64,000 nucleotides of DNA from Octopus sinensis (taxonomy: Eukaryota): NCBI RefSeq assembly GCF_006345805.1, contig NC_043023.1:13640001-13704000 (forward strand), read 5' to 3'. Within the stretch, counting starts at the first letter, position 1, and each line of letters starts with the position of its first letter. Under the pieces are notes generated by a model that saw only the letters and a program-made list of their open reading frames with translations, had not been told where the DNA came from and searched no databases. Of this stretch, positions 38,990-51,800 are shown in pieces. The translations under genes were made by a program, and so were the position numbers.

Positions 38990-39590
38990 AGAGTGAGTGA
39001 GGGAGGGAGATTGAGTGTGAGTGAGAGATTGAGTGTGAGTGAGAGATTGAGTGTGAGCGAGGGTGAGAGAGACTGAGTGTGAGCGAGGGAGATAAATTGA
39101 GTGTGAGTGAGGGGTAGATTGAGTGTGAGTGAAGGAGACTGAGTGAGTGTGAGTGAGATTGAGTATGAGGGAGAGAGGTTGAGTGTGAGTGAGGGGAAAA
39201 TATTGAGTGTGAGTGAGGGAGATAGATTGAGTGTGAGTGAGGGAAAGAGATTGAGCGTGAATGAGAAAGAGATTGAGTGTGAGTGAGGGAGAGAGGTTGA
39301 GTGTGAGAGAGATTGAATGTGAGTGTGAAAGAGAGATTGAGTGGAAGTGAGAAAGAGATTGAGTGTGAATGAGAGAGATTGAGTATAAGAGACAGACTGA
39401 GTGCGAGCATGAGGGAGAGAGATTGAGTATAAGTGAAAGCGATTAAGTGTGAGTGAAAAAGATTGAGTGTGAGTGAGAGGGATTGAGAGAGAGATTGAAT
39501 GTGAGTGATACTGAGTGTGAGTGAGAGAGAGAGATTGAGTGTGAGAGAAAGAGATTGAAAGTGAGGGAGACTGAGTGTGAGCTGAGTGAA
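38990..39590. repeat. Degenerate (gagagattgagtgtgagtga) ~20-26-bp repeat; a similar field lies at 42385-43720
   Basis: Read directly. Confidence 0.85.
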
Positions 39591-39798
39591 CTGGAACAAT
39601 ATGAAATAAAGTGTCTTGCTCAAGAACACAACACAGCTCAGTCTGGGAATCAAACACTAAGTCGTGATTGTGAGTTCGAAACCCTAACCACTGAGCCATG
39701 TGCTGACTGGTTGAGCTATTCAGTGATGTGTTACAAACTTTGTTACAGTTCAAATATGTTTGTGGACATATTTGGACTTGTATGAAAGCTATTCACTG

Positions 39799-41208
39799 TA
39801 TCCTGGAATCAAACAGATTCATGATCCTGGAATCAAATGGACTCATGATCCTGGAATCAAATGGATTTATGATCCTGGAATCAAATGGACTCATGATCCT
39901 GGAATCAAAGAGACTTATGATCCTAGAATCAAACAGATTTATGATCCTGGAATCAAACAGATTTATGATCCTGGAATCAAATGGACTCATGATCCTGGAA
40001 TCAAAGAGACTTATGATCCTAGAATCAAACAGATTTATGATCCTGGAATCAAATGGACTCATGATCCTGGAATCAAATGGACTCATGATCCTGGAATCAA
40101 AGAGACTTATGATCCTAGAATCAAACAGATTTATGATCCTGGAATCAAACAGATTTATGATCCTGGAATCAAATGGACTCATGATCCTGGAATCAAAGAG
40201 ACTTATGATCCTAGAATCAAACAGATTTATGATCCTGGAATCAAACAGATTTATGATCCTGGAATCAAATGGACTCATGATCCTGGAATCAAAGAGACTT
40301 ATGATCCTAGAATCAAACAGATTTATGATCCTGGAATCAAACAGATTTATGATCATGGAATCAAATGGACTCATGATCCTGGAATCAAACAGGTTTATGA
40401 TCCTGGGATCAAACAGATTCATGATCCTGGAATCAAACAGATTCATGATCCTGGAATCAAATGGATTTATGATCCTGGAATCAAACAGATTTATGATCAT
40501 GGAATCAAATGGATTTATGATCCTGGAATCAAATGGACTCATGATCCTGGAATCAAACAGGTTTATGATCATGGAATCAAATGGATTTATGATCCTGGAA
40601 TCAAATGGACTCATGACTCTGGAATCAAACAGACTTATGATCCTGGAATCAAATGAACTCATGATCCTGGAATCAAATGTACTCATGATCCTGGAATCAA
40701 ATGGATTTATGATCCTGGAATCAAAGAGACTCATGATCCTGGAATCAAATGGACTCATGATCCTGGAATCAAATGGACTCATGACTCTGGAATCAAACAG
40801 ACTTATGATCCTGGAATCAAATGGATTTATGATCCTGGAATCAAATGGATTTATGATCCTGGAATCAAATGGACTCATGATCCTGGAATCAAACGGACTC
40901 ATGATTCTGGAATCAAATGGACTCATGATCCTGGAATCAAACAGGTTTATGATCCTGGAATCAAATGGATTTATGATCCTGGAATCAAATGGATTTATGA
41001 TCCTGGAATCAAATGGACTCATGATCCTGGAATCAAACAGGTTTATGATCCTGGAATCAAATGGATTTATGATCCTGGAATCAAACAGATTTATGATACA
41101 GGAATCAAACAAACTTATGATCCTGGAATCAAATGTACTCATGATCCTGGAATCAAATGGATTTATGATCCTGGAATCAAATGGACTCATGATCCTGCAA
41201 TCAAACAG
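39799..41208. repeat. 24-bp minisatellite (atgatcctggaatcaaaNNNNNN)n, about 58 copies
   Basis: Read directly; MILESNxx 8-aa periodicity. Confidence 0.97.
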
Positions 41209-41255
41209 ACAATATCCTTATTATTATCATATATAGGAAGAATATTGGTACTTAC

Positions 41256-41295
41256 GCATCAGGTGCTGGATTCATATCGATCTTCAGGTAAGGAC
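41256..41295 (-). CDS. Desulfurase-like gene exon (GPYLKIDMNPAPD(A))
   Basis: atctAG / GTAAGT, 40 nt, phase 1-2. Confidence 0.92.
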
Positions 41296-42222
41296 CTAGA
41301 TAAATGAATAAATAAATAATGATAATATTGGTTTTTGAAATTTTGGTACGGGGTTAAGTTGATTACAATGACCCCAGTACTTGACTGGTATTAATTTTAT
41401 TGACCCCGAAAGAATGGAAGGCAAAGTTGACAAAATGAATGAACTGTCCAGTGTGTTAATGATTCTGCCATCTCACTGTCATAAATAATAATAACAATAA
41501 TAATAATTATAATGGTTTCAAATTTTTGGTACAAGACATAAAATTTTGAGGGGAGGGTGCATGTCAATTACATTGATGGCTTATCCCAAGTATGCAACTG
41601 GTATGTATTTTAATGATCCCCAAGATGGAAGGCAAATAAAACAGCACCACATCCACCCACCACCACCACCACCACTACCTCAGCAGTCCCACCACCACCA
41701 CCACCACCCCAGCAGTCCAACTATCATCACTACGACCACCACCACCACAACCACTTCAGCAGTCCCACTATTACCACCACCACCCAGCCGTGCCGCTATC
41801 ACCACTACTGCCACCACTACTCCAGCAGTCCAAGTATTACCATGACGACCACCCAACCATCCCACTATCACCACCACCACAATAGCAGTCTCACTATCAC
41901 CACCACCACTACCTCAGCACCACCACCACCACTACCACAACCACAACCCCTGTGGACCCACTATCACCACCACAATAGCAGTCTCACTATCACCACTACT
42001 ACTACCACGACCACCACTACCCCAGCCATCCCACCACCACCCCGACCACGACCACCACCACTCCAGCAGGCCCACTACTACCACCACGACCACGACCACC
42101 ACCATCACCACTACCTCAACTGACCCTCTATTACCACCACCACCACCACAGCAGTCCAACTATCACACCACCACCACCACCACCACCGCTACCCCCATCA
42201 TCACCCCTTGGCCCCTACCTAC

Positions 42223-42364
42223 CTGCAGATGCAAAGTCCCAGAAGCTGTAGGCCTTGTACTTGTGCACCATCCTGGCGATGGCCACCGTGTCTGTGATGA
42301 TCCCAGTCACATTGCTGGCAGCCGAGAAGGCCGTGATGATCTGGTAGTTTCTCTCACTGAACGA
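42223..42364 (-). CDS. Desulfurase-like gene exon (SFSERNYQIITAFSAASNVTGIITDTVAIARMVHKYKAYSFWDFASA)
   Basis: ccgcAG / GTAGGT, 142 nt, phase 0-1; SNVTG and the PLP-contacting Asp (WDFA) motifs are present. Confidence 0.95.
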
Positions 42365-44009
42365 CTGCGGGGAAGAAGACAAGAGTGCGAGTGTGAGCGT
42401 GAGTGTGAGTGGAGGGCGGGAGTGGAGTGTGGGTGAAACGGTGTGTGTGTGTAAGTGTGAATGCGAGGGAGAGATTTTGCAATAAGGATTGTGGGTTTGA
42501 GAGTGGATGTGATGCGATGTGAGTGTGAGTGAAGTGTGGGTGAGTGTGAGTGGAGGGCATGAGTGGAGTGTGGGTGAAACGGTGTGTGCGTAAGTGTGAA
42601 TGCGAGGGAGAGATTTTTCAATAAGGATTGTGGGTTTGATAGTGGATGTGATGTGAGTGAGTGAAGTGTGGGTGAGTGTGAGTGGAGTGTGTGAGTTGAG
42701 CATGGGAGTTTGCATTTTGGAATCATAGGCTTGAGAGTGGATGTATGACGATTTGATTATGAGTGCAATTGTGAGTGTGAGTGGAGGGCATGAGTGGAGT
42801 GTGGGTGAAATGGTGTGTGCGTAAGTGTGAATGCGAGGGAGAGATTTTTTCAATAAGGATTGTGGGTTTGAGGGTGGATGTGATGCGATGTGAGTGTGAG
42901 TTGAGTATGGGTGAGTGTGAGTGAAGTGTGTGAGTGGAGTGTGGGTGTTTGCATTTTGGGAATGAGTGGCTCAATGAGGATCATAGGTTTGAGAGTGGAT
43001 GTATGATAATTTGATTATGAGTGCAAGTGTGAGCATGAGTGGAGGGCATGAGTAGGTGTGAGTGAAACTGTGAGTGGATGTGAGGGAGAACTTTTCAATA
43101 TGGAATATGGGTTTGAGAATGGATGAATGATGGTCTAATTGAGTGTGAGTGAAGTGGGGTGTGGGTGAGTGGAGTGTGGATGTTTGATTTTGTGCTTTAA
43201 TAAGGATGTGGCTGTGAGTGAAAGGGTGAGTGTAAATGAAAGGGTTGAGCGTGAATAAAAAGATTGAGTGTGAGTGAAATGGTTGAGTGTGAGTGAAAGG
43301 AATGAGTGTGAGTGAAAGAGTTGAGTGTGAATGAAAAGAGTGAGTGTGAGTGAAAGGGTCGAATGTGAGTGAAAAGAGTGAGTGTGAGTGAAATGGTTGA
43401 GTGTGAGTGAAAGGGTTGAGTGTGAATAAAAAGATTGAGTGTGAGTGAAATGGTTGAGTGTGAGTGAAAGGGTTGAGTGTGAATAAAAAGATTGAGTGTG
43501 AGTGAAATGGTTGAGTGTGAATGAAAGGAATGAGTGTGAGTGAAAGAGTTGAGTGTGAATGAAAAGAGTGAGTGTGAGTGAAAGGGTCGAATGTGAGTGG
43601 AAGGATTGGGTATGAGTGGAAGGATTGGGTATGAGTGAAAGGGTTGACTGTGAGTGAAAAGAGTGAGTGTGAGTGAAATGGTATGAATGTGAAGTGTGTG
43701 GGTTAATGGAATGTGAGTGCAAATGAAAGAAAGAGTGTAAGGAAGTGAGGGAGAGAGAGTGAGAGTGAGGAGAGCATGTGAGATGAAGAGTCTAAGTGCA
43801 GAGGAATGTGTCAGAAACAGAGAGAGACATACAGACAGACAACGAGAGTGGAAATGAAAGAAAGGGTGTGAGTGGCGAAAGAGAGATGGAGAGGGGGGAG
43901 AGAAAGGGGAAGCATGTGAGGAAAAGATTATGAGAGCAAATGAGAGAGAGAGAGTGGGGGGGCTGAGTGAGTGTATGAGTGTAGGTGGGGTAAGCCAAGA
44001 GGACCTTAC

Positions 44010-44075
44010 CTTGAGGAGTTCCTCTAAGTTGTCCTTGTCAATACACCCACGAGTGTCTTCACGAATTCGACGAAT
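44010..44075 (-). CDS. Most 5' visible exon of the desulfurase-like gene (IRRIREDTRGCIDKDNLEELLK); the gene is 5'-incomplete
   Basis: ttgtcAG / GTAAGG, 66 nt, phase 0-0; GxID...L pattern of class-V enzymes. Confidence 0.9.
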
Positions 44076-44134
44076 CTGACAAAGAGAAACAAGACATAAA
44101 CAGATATTGTATACTTATCTACATATATATATAT

Positions 44135-44165
<31 letters not shown>

Positions 44166-44435
44166 GGCACAGGAGTGGCTGTGTGGTAAGTAGCTTGCTA
44201 ACCAACCACATGGTTCGGGTTCAGTCTCACTGCGTGGCATCTTGGGCAAGTGTCTTCTACTATAGCCTCGGGCCAACCAAAGCCTTGTGAGTGGATCTGG
44301 TAGGCGGAAACTGAAAGAAGCCCGTCGTATATATGTGTGTGTGTGCGTGTATGTTTGTGTGTCTGTGTTTGTCCCCCTAGCATTGCTTGACAACCGATGC
44401 TGGTGTGTTTACGTCCCCGTAACTTAAGTGGTTCG

Positions 44436-44585
44436 GCCGGCCATTCCCTAGATGACATCTCAGTGTTTGGTCTCGCCCCCCACCAAGGTCGCCCACTTTC
44501 CAGGCTCCACTTGGAGCAACGCTACATCTTCAACCCTAACTACCACCCCACACGGACTTACACAGCCCCCTCCTCTTGAGATCTC
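44436..44585 (+). mobile_element. Possible Penelope-like GIY-YIG endonuclease C-terminal fragment
   Basis: GHSLDDISVFGLAPHQGRPLSRLHLEQRYIF then, after a frameshift, LTTTPHGLTQ. This resembles the H..........R...E..yI....T..P.GLN end of PLE ORFs. Confidence 0.5.
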
Positions 44586-44614
44586 CTTTTTTTTTTTTTT
44601 TTTTTTTTGGCACA

Positions 44615-44714
44615 NNNNNNNNNNNNNNNNNNNNNNNNNNNNNNNNNNNNNNNNNNNNNNNNNNNNNNNNNNNNNNNNNNNNNNNNNNNNNNNNNNNNNN
44701 NNNNNNNNNNNNNN
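44615..44714. other. Assembly gap (100 N, true size unknown)
   Basis: Read directly. Confidence 1.
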
Positions 44715-45224
44715 TCTCTTTTGCCGAACCACTAAGTGACGGGGACGTAAACACAACCAGCATCGGTTGTCAAGCAATGCTAGGGGACAAACACAGAACA
44801 CAAACACACACACGCATATATATACTATATATATATATATACGATATTACGACGGGCTTCTTTCAGTTTCCGTCTACCAAATCCACTCGCAAGGCTTTGG
44901 TTGGTCCGAGGCTATAGTAGGAAGACACTTGCCCAAGGTGCCACGCAGTGGGACTGAACCGGAAACAGCCCCCACTCCTACGCCTATATTTATATATATT
45001 CCAGATAGATATACATATGTTCATATAAACATTGTATGATTGTGTGTATGGCATGTATACACGCACACCCATGTATATATGTGATCAGCGTTTTTATGTT
45101 TATATATATACACATATTTGGTTTCGTCCATATATTTTGTATGTATATTGTAGTAATGTTTACTTGAATCTATATGTGTACGAAGACACCTGCACAACAT
45201 ATATACATATATATATATATACAT

Positions 45225-45273
<49 letters not shown>

Positions 45274-45504
45274 TATATATTTATAAATATATATATTATA
45301 TTTATATATATATATCTGTATCTGTGTGTGTGCGTATATATGTATATGTGGTGGTGTGTGTGTATATATGTATATGTGTGTGTGTATATATGTATATGGT
45401 GTGTGTGTGTGTTATATGTGTGTGTATATATGTATGTGTGTGTGTATATATGTATATATGTGTGTGTGTATATATGTGTATATATATGTGTGTGTGTATA
45501 TATG

Positions 45505-45550
<46 letters not shown>

Positions 45551-46154
45551 GGATCTTTTCCTTTTGAACGGCAGTATATATATATGTATGTATATATATG
45601 TATATATATATGTGTGTGTGTGTGTGTATGTATATATATATATATATATGTGTATAGAGAGGGAGAGTTTGTATACGGATACATTCATTTTGATATGCTT
45701 CTTATGTTTGTGTGTATATATATAAATAGATTGCTTGCAGTGGTTTATATCTGTGTATATATATAATATTCATATATATATATAGGCGCAGGAGTGGCTG
45801 TGTGGTAAGTAGCTTGCTAACCAACCACATGGTTCCAGGTTCAGTCCCACTGCGTGGCATCTTGGGCAAGTGTCTTCTGCTATAGCCCTGGGCCGACCAA
45901 TGCCTTGTGAGTGGATTTGGTAGACGGAAACTGAAAGAACCCTGTCGTATATATATATTATATATTATATATACTATATATATATATATCTATAGGCAAG
46001 GAATGGCTGTGTTGTAAGTAGCTTGCTAACCAACCACATAGTTCAGGGTTCAGTCCCACTGCGTGGCATCTTGGGCAGTGTCTTCTGCTATAGCCCTGGG
46101 CCGACCAATGCCTTGTGAGTGGATTTGGTAGACGGAAACTGAAAGAACCCTGTC

Positions 46155-46193
<39 letters not shown>

Positions 46194-48286
46194 CAAGGGA
46201 ATGGCTGTGTTGTAAGTAGCTTGCTAACCAACCACATAGTTCAGGGTTCAGTCCCACTGCGTGGCATCTTGGGCAAGTGTCTTCTGCTATAGCCCTGGGC
46301 CGACCAATGCCTTGTGAGTGGATTTGGTAGATGGAAACTGAAAGAAGCCCGTCGTATATATATATATGTGTATATATATGTGTGTGTGTGTCTGGGTTTG
46401 TCTCCCCAACATCGCTTGACAACCAATGTTGGTGTGTTTACGTCCCCGTCACTTAGCGGTTCGGCAAAAAGAGACCGATAGAATAAGTACTGGGCTTACA
46501 AAGAATAAGTCCCGGGGTCGATTTGCTCGATTAAAGGCGGTGCTCCAGCATGACCACAATCAAATGACTGAAACAAGTAAAAGAGGTAAAAAAAAAAAAA
46601 GAGGTATATATATGTGTATGTGTGTTTGTTGTATATATATATATATATATATATACAAACACACATACACATATATATACCTCTTTTTTTTTTTTTTTTA
46701 CCTCTTTTACTTATATATATATATATATATCTGAAGCAAACTATATGAATATTATATATATAATTATATATATAAATATTCATATAGTTTGCTTCAGATA
46801 TATATATGTAATTAACTTGGTTGGCTAGACTTGGGAGTCTCTTAATAGGGAATAATAATTTATTTACAAATCAGGTGGGTGTCTATAAATTGCTTTTGTG
46901 TGGTATATATAAAATGTCATTGTGCAGACACACACATACATACATATTTATATACACTAATTATATGTACGTATCTATAACTTTGTGTACGTGTGTGTAT
47001 ATGTATGTATATATGTGTGTGTATGAATGTATGTGTGTGTGTAATATATATATATATATATATATATACTCTTTACTTTTACTTGTTTCAGTCATTTGAC
47101 TGCGGCCATGCTGGAGCACCGCCTTTAATCGAGCCATTCGTGGCCGTTTGGCAGCTCTGTCTGGCACCTGTGCAGGTGGCACGTAAAAAGCACCCACTAC
47201 ACTCACGGAGTGGTTGGCGTTAGGAAGGGCATCCAGCCGTAGAAACACTGCCAGATCTGATTGGGCCTGATGAAGCCTTCTGGCTTCACAGACCCCAGTT
47301 AAACCATCCAACCCATGCTAGCATGGAAAACAGACGCTAAATGATGATGATGATGATGATATATATATATTTATATATACAGTAATGTCAGTGACTTAGC
47401 ATGTGTAAAAAAACCCATAACGGTTAAAATTATAAATTAATAATGAAGGCTATTACAGGTAGTACCAGCATGCTTGCAGCTTTGAGTCATTTTGACTGCT
47501 ATTTTAGCATGCTGGTACGACCTGTAGTAGCCTTCATTATTAATTAATATATAATCAGACTATGGATGACTAAATTACAACAGGTATACACAGCCCATTG
47601 TCTGTATTATAGTACATTGCCATATACCATTCAAAACTTTTTCTTCTTTAGAAACAATACACAATGCTTACTGTTTGTTTTTCGACATCAGTGGCAGACG
47701 CCATTAGAAAAACTTATATCAATTTGCAAAGGAGCCTTCACTTTCATCGCTACCTGGTGGTTACCGCCCGTTGACGAGGGACAACCATCCCGAAACTAGT
47801 TCGAGCGTATCACTCAGGCTTGCGAGGAAGGGATGGCCTCCCTTTGCAAATACTCCAAAGACACAGATATTGTGTTTAGAGCCAGCTAGAGAGGAAGATC
47901 TCTTGGGGCTATAAAGCTACAGTAACACCCCCCTCCCCAATGTGGTTAGCCATGATAAGATGGCTTCTATACTTTACAATATTATTATTATTATATGTAG
48001 AAAAATACAAACTGGGACAAGAACGCAAAACATTTAGAAGACGATACAAAAAACATTCGAAGCCTTCGATCTTCAGTCAAGAACCGGATCATCCTCGCAA
48101 TTTCGGCTGATTAATCTTGAGATTGCTCCGATCTGGCCAGCCCCAAGGAAAAACTAAGCTACGAGCATTAGATTTCTTGGAAGAAGGATCGAATGTATAC
48201 GAAACAAGGACAGAAAAACGGACGATGCCACATGAATATAAGATACAAAAAACAATAATGAAATACAAAAAACAAAAATGAAATAC

Positions 48287-48317
<31 letters not shown>

Positions 48318-49354
48318 CTCTTTTTTATACTCTTTTACTTGTTTCAGTCATTTGACTGCGGCCATGCTGGAGCACTGCCTTTAGTCGAGCAAATCGACCC
48401 CGGGACTTATTCTTTGTAAGCCCAGTACTTATTCTATCGGTCTCTTTGCCGAACCGCTAAGTGACGGGGACGTAAACACACCAGCATCGGTTTTCAAGCA
48501 ATGCTAGGGGGACAAACACAAACACACAAACACACACATACATATATACGACAGGCTTCTTTCAGTTTCCGTCTACCAAATCCACTCACAAGGCATTGGT
48601 TGGCTCGGGGCTATAGCAGAAGACACTCGCCCAAGGTGCCACGCAGTGGGACTGAACCCTGAACCGTGTGGTTGGTTAGCAAGCTACTTACCACACAGCC
48701 ACTCCTGCGCCTATATATACGTATATACGACAGGCTTCTTTCAGTTTCCGTCTACCAAATCCACTCACAAGGCATTGGTTGGCTCAGGGCTATAGTAGAA
48801 GACACTTGCCCAAGATGTCACGCAGTGGGACTGAACCCTGAACCATGTGGCTGGTTAGCAAGGTACCTGCACAGGAGTCAGTCCAGCGGTACCATCCGAA
48901 CGTGGCCGATGCCAGTGCCGCCTTCACTGGCTTTTGTGTCGTTGGCACGTAAAAAGCACCAATCCGATCGTGGCCATTGCCAGCCTCCCCTGGCATGTAA
49001 AAAGCACCCACTACACTCACGGAGTGGTTGGCGTTAGGAAGGGCATCCAGCTGTAGAAACTCTGCCAGATCAGACTGGAGCCTGGTGCAGCCTCCTGGCT
49101 TCCCTGACGCCAGTCGAACTGTCCAACCCATGCTAACAAGGAGCTGAACACAGAGGGGCCAAACAAGGACAGACAAACGGATTAAGTCGATTATATCCAC
49201 CCCAGTACGTAACTGGTACTTATTTAATCGACCTCGAAAGGAGGAAAGGCAAAGTCGACCTCAGCGGAATTTGAACTCAGAACGTAGCGGCAGACGAAAT
49301 ACCACTAAGCATTTCGCCCGGCGTGCTAACGATTCTGCCAGCTCGCCTAGTCCT

Positions 49355-49940
49355 AGTATTATCATCATCATCATTGTTCGACCGTGGTCGAGACAATGGA
49401 ATTTTCTATGTTACGCCAGACTTCACGGTCCATCATGGCATTACGGAGGTCCTGTTGCTGGATGCCTGTATCCCTGGAGATTACATCAGGGTAGGAGAGT
49501 GTGCGCCCTCTGGTATTGTGAGTAGATGGCTTCCAGAGGAGAAGAGTAGAAATTACTTCTTTTTCAGCTCTACAACAATGTCCAGCAAACTGGACTCTCC
49601 TACCTTTCACAAGAGATGACACAGGTGGTAGTTTCCCATATATTTGCATTTTGGTTGGATGGCTCTTCCATGAGAGATTTTGAGCTCTCATAAGGAGGCG
49701 AGTGTAGGTTCCATCCAACCGCCTCTCAAGCTTCTTTGATAACGTCCAGGTTTCTGAGCCATATAGTAGAATTGGTTCGTCTGTGGCTTTGAAGATTTCA
49801 AGTTTGAAGTCTCTACTTAGATTTGATGACCAGATCTTATGCATGTCATTACAGGCTGACCAGGCCATACCCTTTCTAGTTAGAAAGTCTTTTCCAGATG
49901 ATGATATGTATGACCCAAGATATTTGTAATCAGAAACCAT
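49355..49940 (-). mobile_element. 5'-truncated RTE-clade LINE (RT C-terminus plus (TGA)n tail)
   Basis: YKYLGS...PILLYGSETWTL...RRVQFAGHC...AMMDREVWR, with the stop followed directly by (TGA)n; 189 codons uninterrupted. Confidence 0.88.
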
Positions 49941-51005
49941 ATTTATTATAACCTGATTTCACTTATGCTTACTCGGGCCAGATTTTAAAGATGAAGAATT
50001 TTGCCCTAGAGGCCACACGCCTTGCAGTGGAGTAAACTCAAGGTTGCCACGCAAACTCCTCGCCACTTTTCACACAGGTGTGCAAATTTTCAGGTCAATC
50101 TGACCACATTTACTAACATTTTTACCTGCACAACTGCTTGTGAGTCAACGTCCTCCCTTTTTCACAAATATATAAGAGATTGTATTTCGGGATGGGAATT
50201 TTTTTTTTTTGCAACAAATAAATACACACACTGAATATTCATTCTTCTCTTGATTGTTACTGTCCTTATTTTAACTTGTGTCCGGTCAATGCCCCATCCA
50301 CCCCCATCCGAAAGAAAAAAACGGGAAAACATGAGCATCTCAACCATATCTATTTCACCTTGGCCATATCTGTTTCAGTACATGGTTTCTCATCAGGAAC
50401 CTTGTGAAATAAAAGAATAAATCAATATATATATATATATATATATATGCACAACACACACATATATATATACACATAGGCGCAGGAGTGGCTGTGTGGT
50501 AAGTAGCTTGCTAACCAATCACATGGTTCCGGGTTCAGTCCCACTGCATGGCACCTTGGGCAAGTGTATTCTACTATAGCCTCGGGCCGACCAAAGCCTT
50601 GTGAGTGGATTTGGTAGACGGAAACTGAAAGAAGCCCGTCGTATATATGTATGTATATATATATATATGTATGTGTGTATATGTTTGTGTGTCTGTGTTT
50701 GTCACTCTAGCATTGCTTGACAACCGATGCTGGTGTGTTTACGTCCCCGTCACTTAGCGGTTCAGCAAAAGAGACCGATAGAATAAGTACTGGGCTTACA
50801 ATAGAATAAGTACTGGGCTCGACTAAAGGCGGTGCTCCAGCATGGCCGCAGTCAAAAGAGAGATATATATATGCACACACACACATATATATATACACAT
50901 ACACACACACACACACACATATATACATATATATATATATACCGTGTACCGTTGGCGATTTTTTTTTCCTCTGTCTTCCCTTCTCTGGATCTTTCCTTCT
51001 CCTAT

Positions 51006-51040
51006 GTTTCCGACGAAGAGCTCAGCACGAAACGTTAAAC
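51006..51040 (+). ncRNA. Degenerate minimal type-I hammerhead ribozyme motif in a Penelope-like repeat (50940-51120)
   Basis: gttt-CCGACGA-agagctcagcac-GAAAC-gtt-aaac: CUGANGA core with a U>C change, GAAA, palindromic AACGTT stem III, and stem I gttt/aaac. Confidence 0.45.
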
Positions 51041-51122
51041 CCTCCTTCTTTCCTGAGCGTCCAATAATACTATATTTGTTCCACGTCCTCGTATTGTTGT
51101 GTTTTTTTGTGCATTCTTTATA

Positions 51123-51162
<40 letters not shown>

Positions 51163-51800
51163 GTATTACGGAGATGTACTCGCATAGCAAGTAATTTGAT
51201 CTGAGATTGTGTGCTGAAACGAAAACAATTGTGGCGTGGAAGGTGTTTATAAGCCATTTAAGAAACACACAAAAGCCGTTCGATTCACTTCAACAATTTT
51301 TAAAGTTTAATTTGTCAAAATATTTTCGTCGCTAAAATCCGTGACCTGTTCATATATATATGTATGTGTGTGTGTATATGTTTGTGTGTCTGTGTTTGTC
51401 CCCCTAGCATTGCTTGACAACCGATGCTGGTGTGTTTACGTCCCCGTCACTTAGCGGTTCGGCAAGGAGACGGATAGAATAAGTACTGGACTTACAAAAG
51501 AATAGGTCCTGGGGTCAATTTGCTTGACTAAAGGCGATGCTCCAGCATGGCCGCAGTCAAATGACTGAAACAAGTAAAAGAGTATATATATATATACATA
51601 TATACGACGGGCTTCTTTCAGTTTCCCTCTACCAAATCCACTAACAAGGCTTTGGTCGGCCCGAGGCTATAGTAGAAGACACTTGCCCAAGGTGCCACGC
51701 AGTGGGACTGAACCCGGAACCACGTGGTTGGTAAGCAAGCTACTTACCACACAGCCACTCCTGCGCCTATGATGGAAAGTTTTAATTCAGATCACTTTAA

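Noticed and set aside
39728-41236. 502-aa MILESN repeat protein
   Set aside because: A stop-free 24-bp minisatellite antisense within an intron, with no independent coding evidence.
15040-44075. Naming the gene NFS1, SCLY or MOCOS
   Set aside because: The catalytic-loop and surrounding motifs do not match those families as I know them, so the symbol is left blank.
48050-48110. Hammerhead-like CTGAAGA...GAAT on the minus strand
   Set aside because: The GAAA core and stems I/III could not be completed convincingly.
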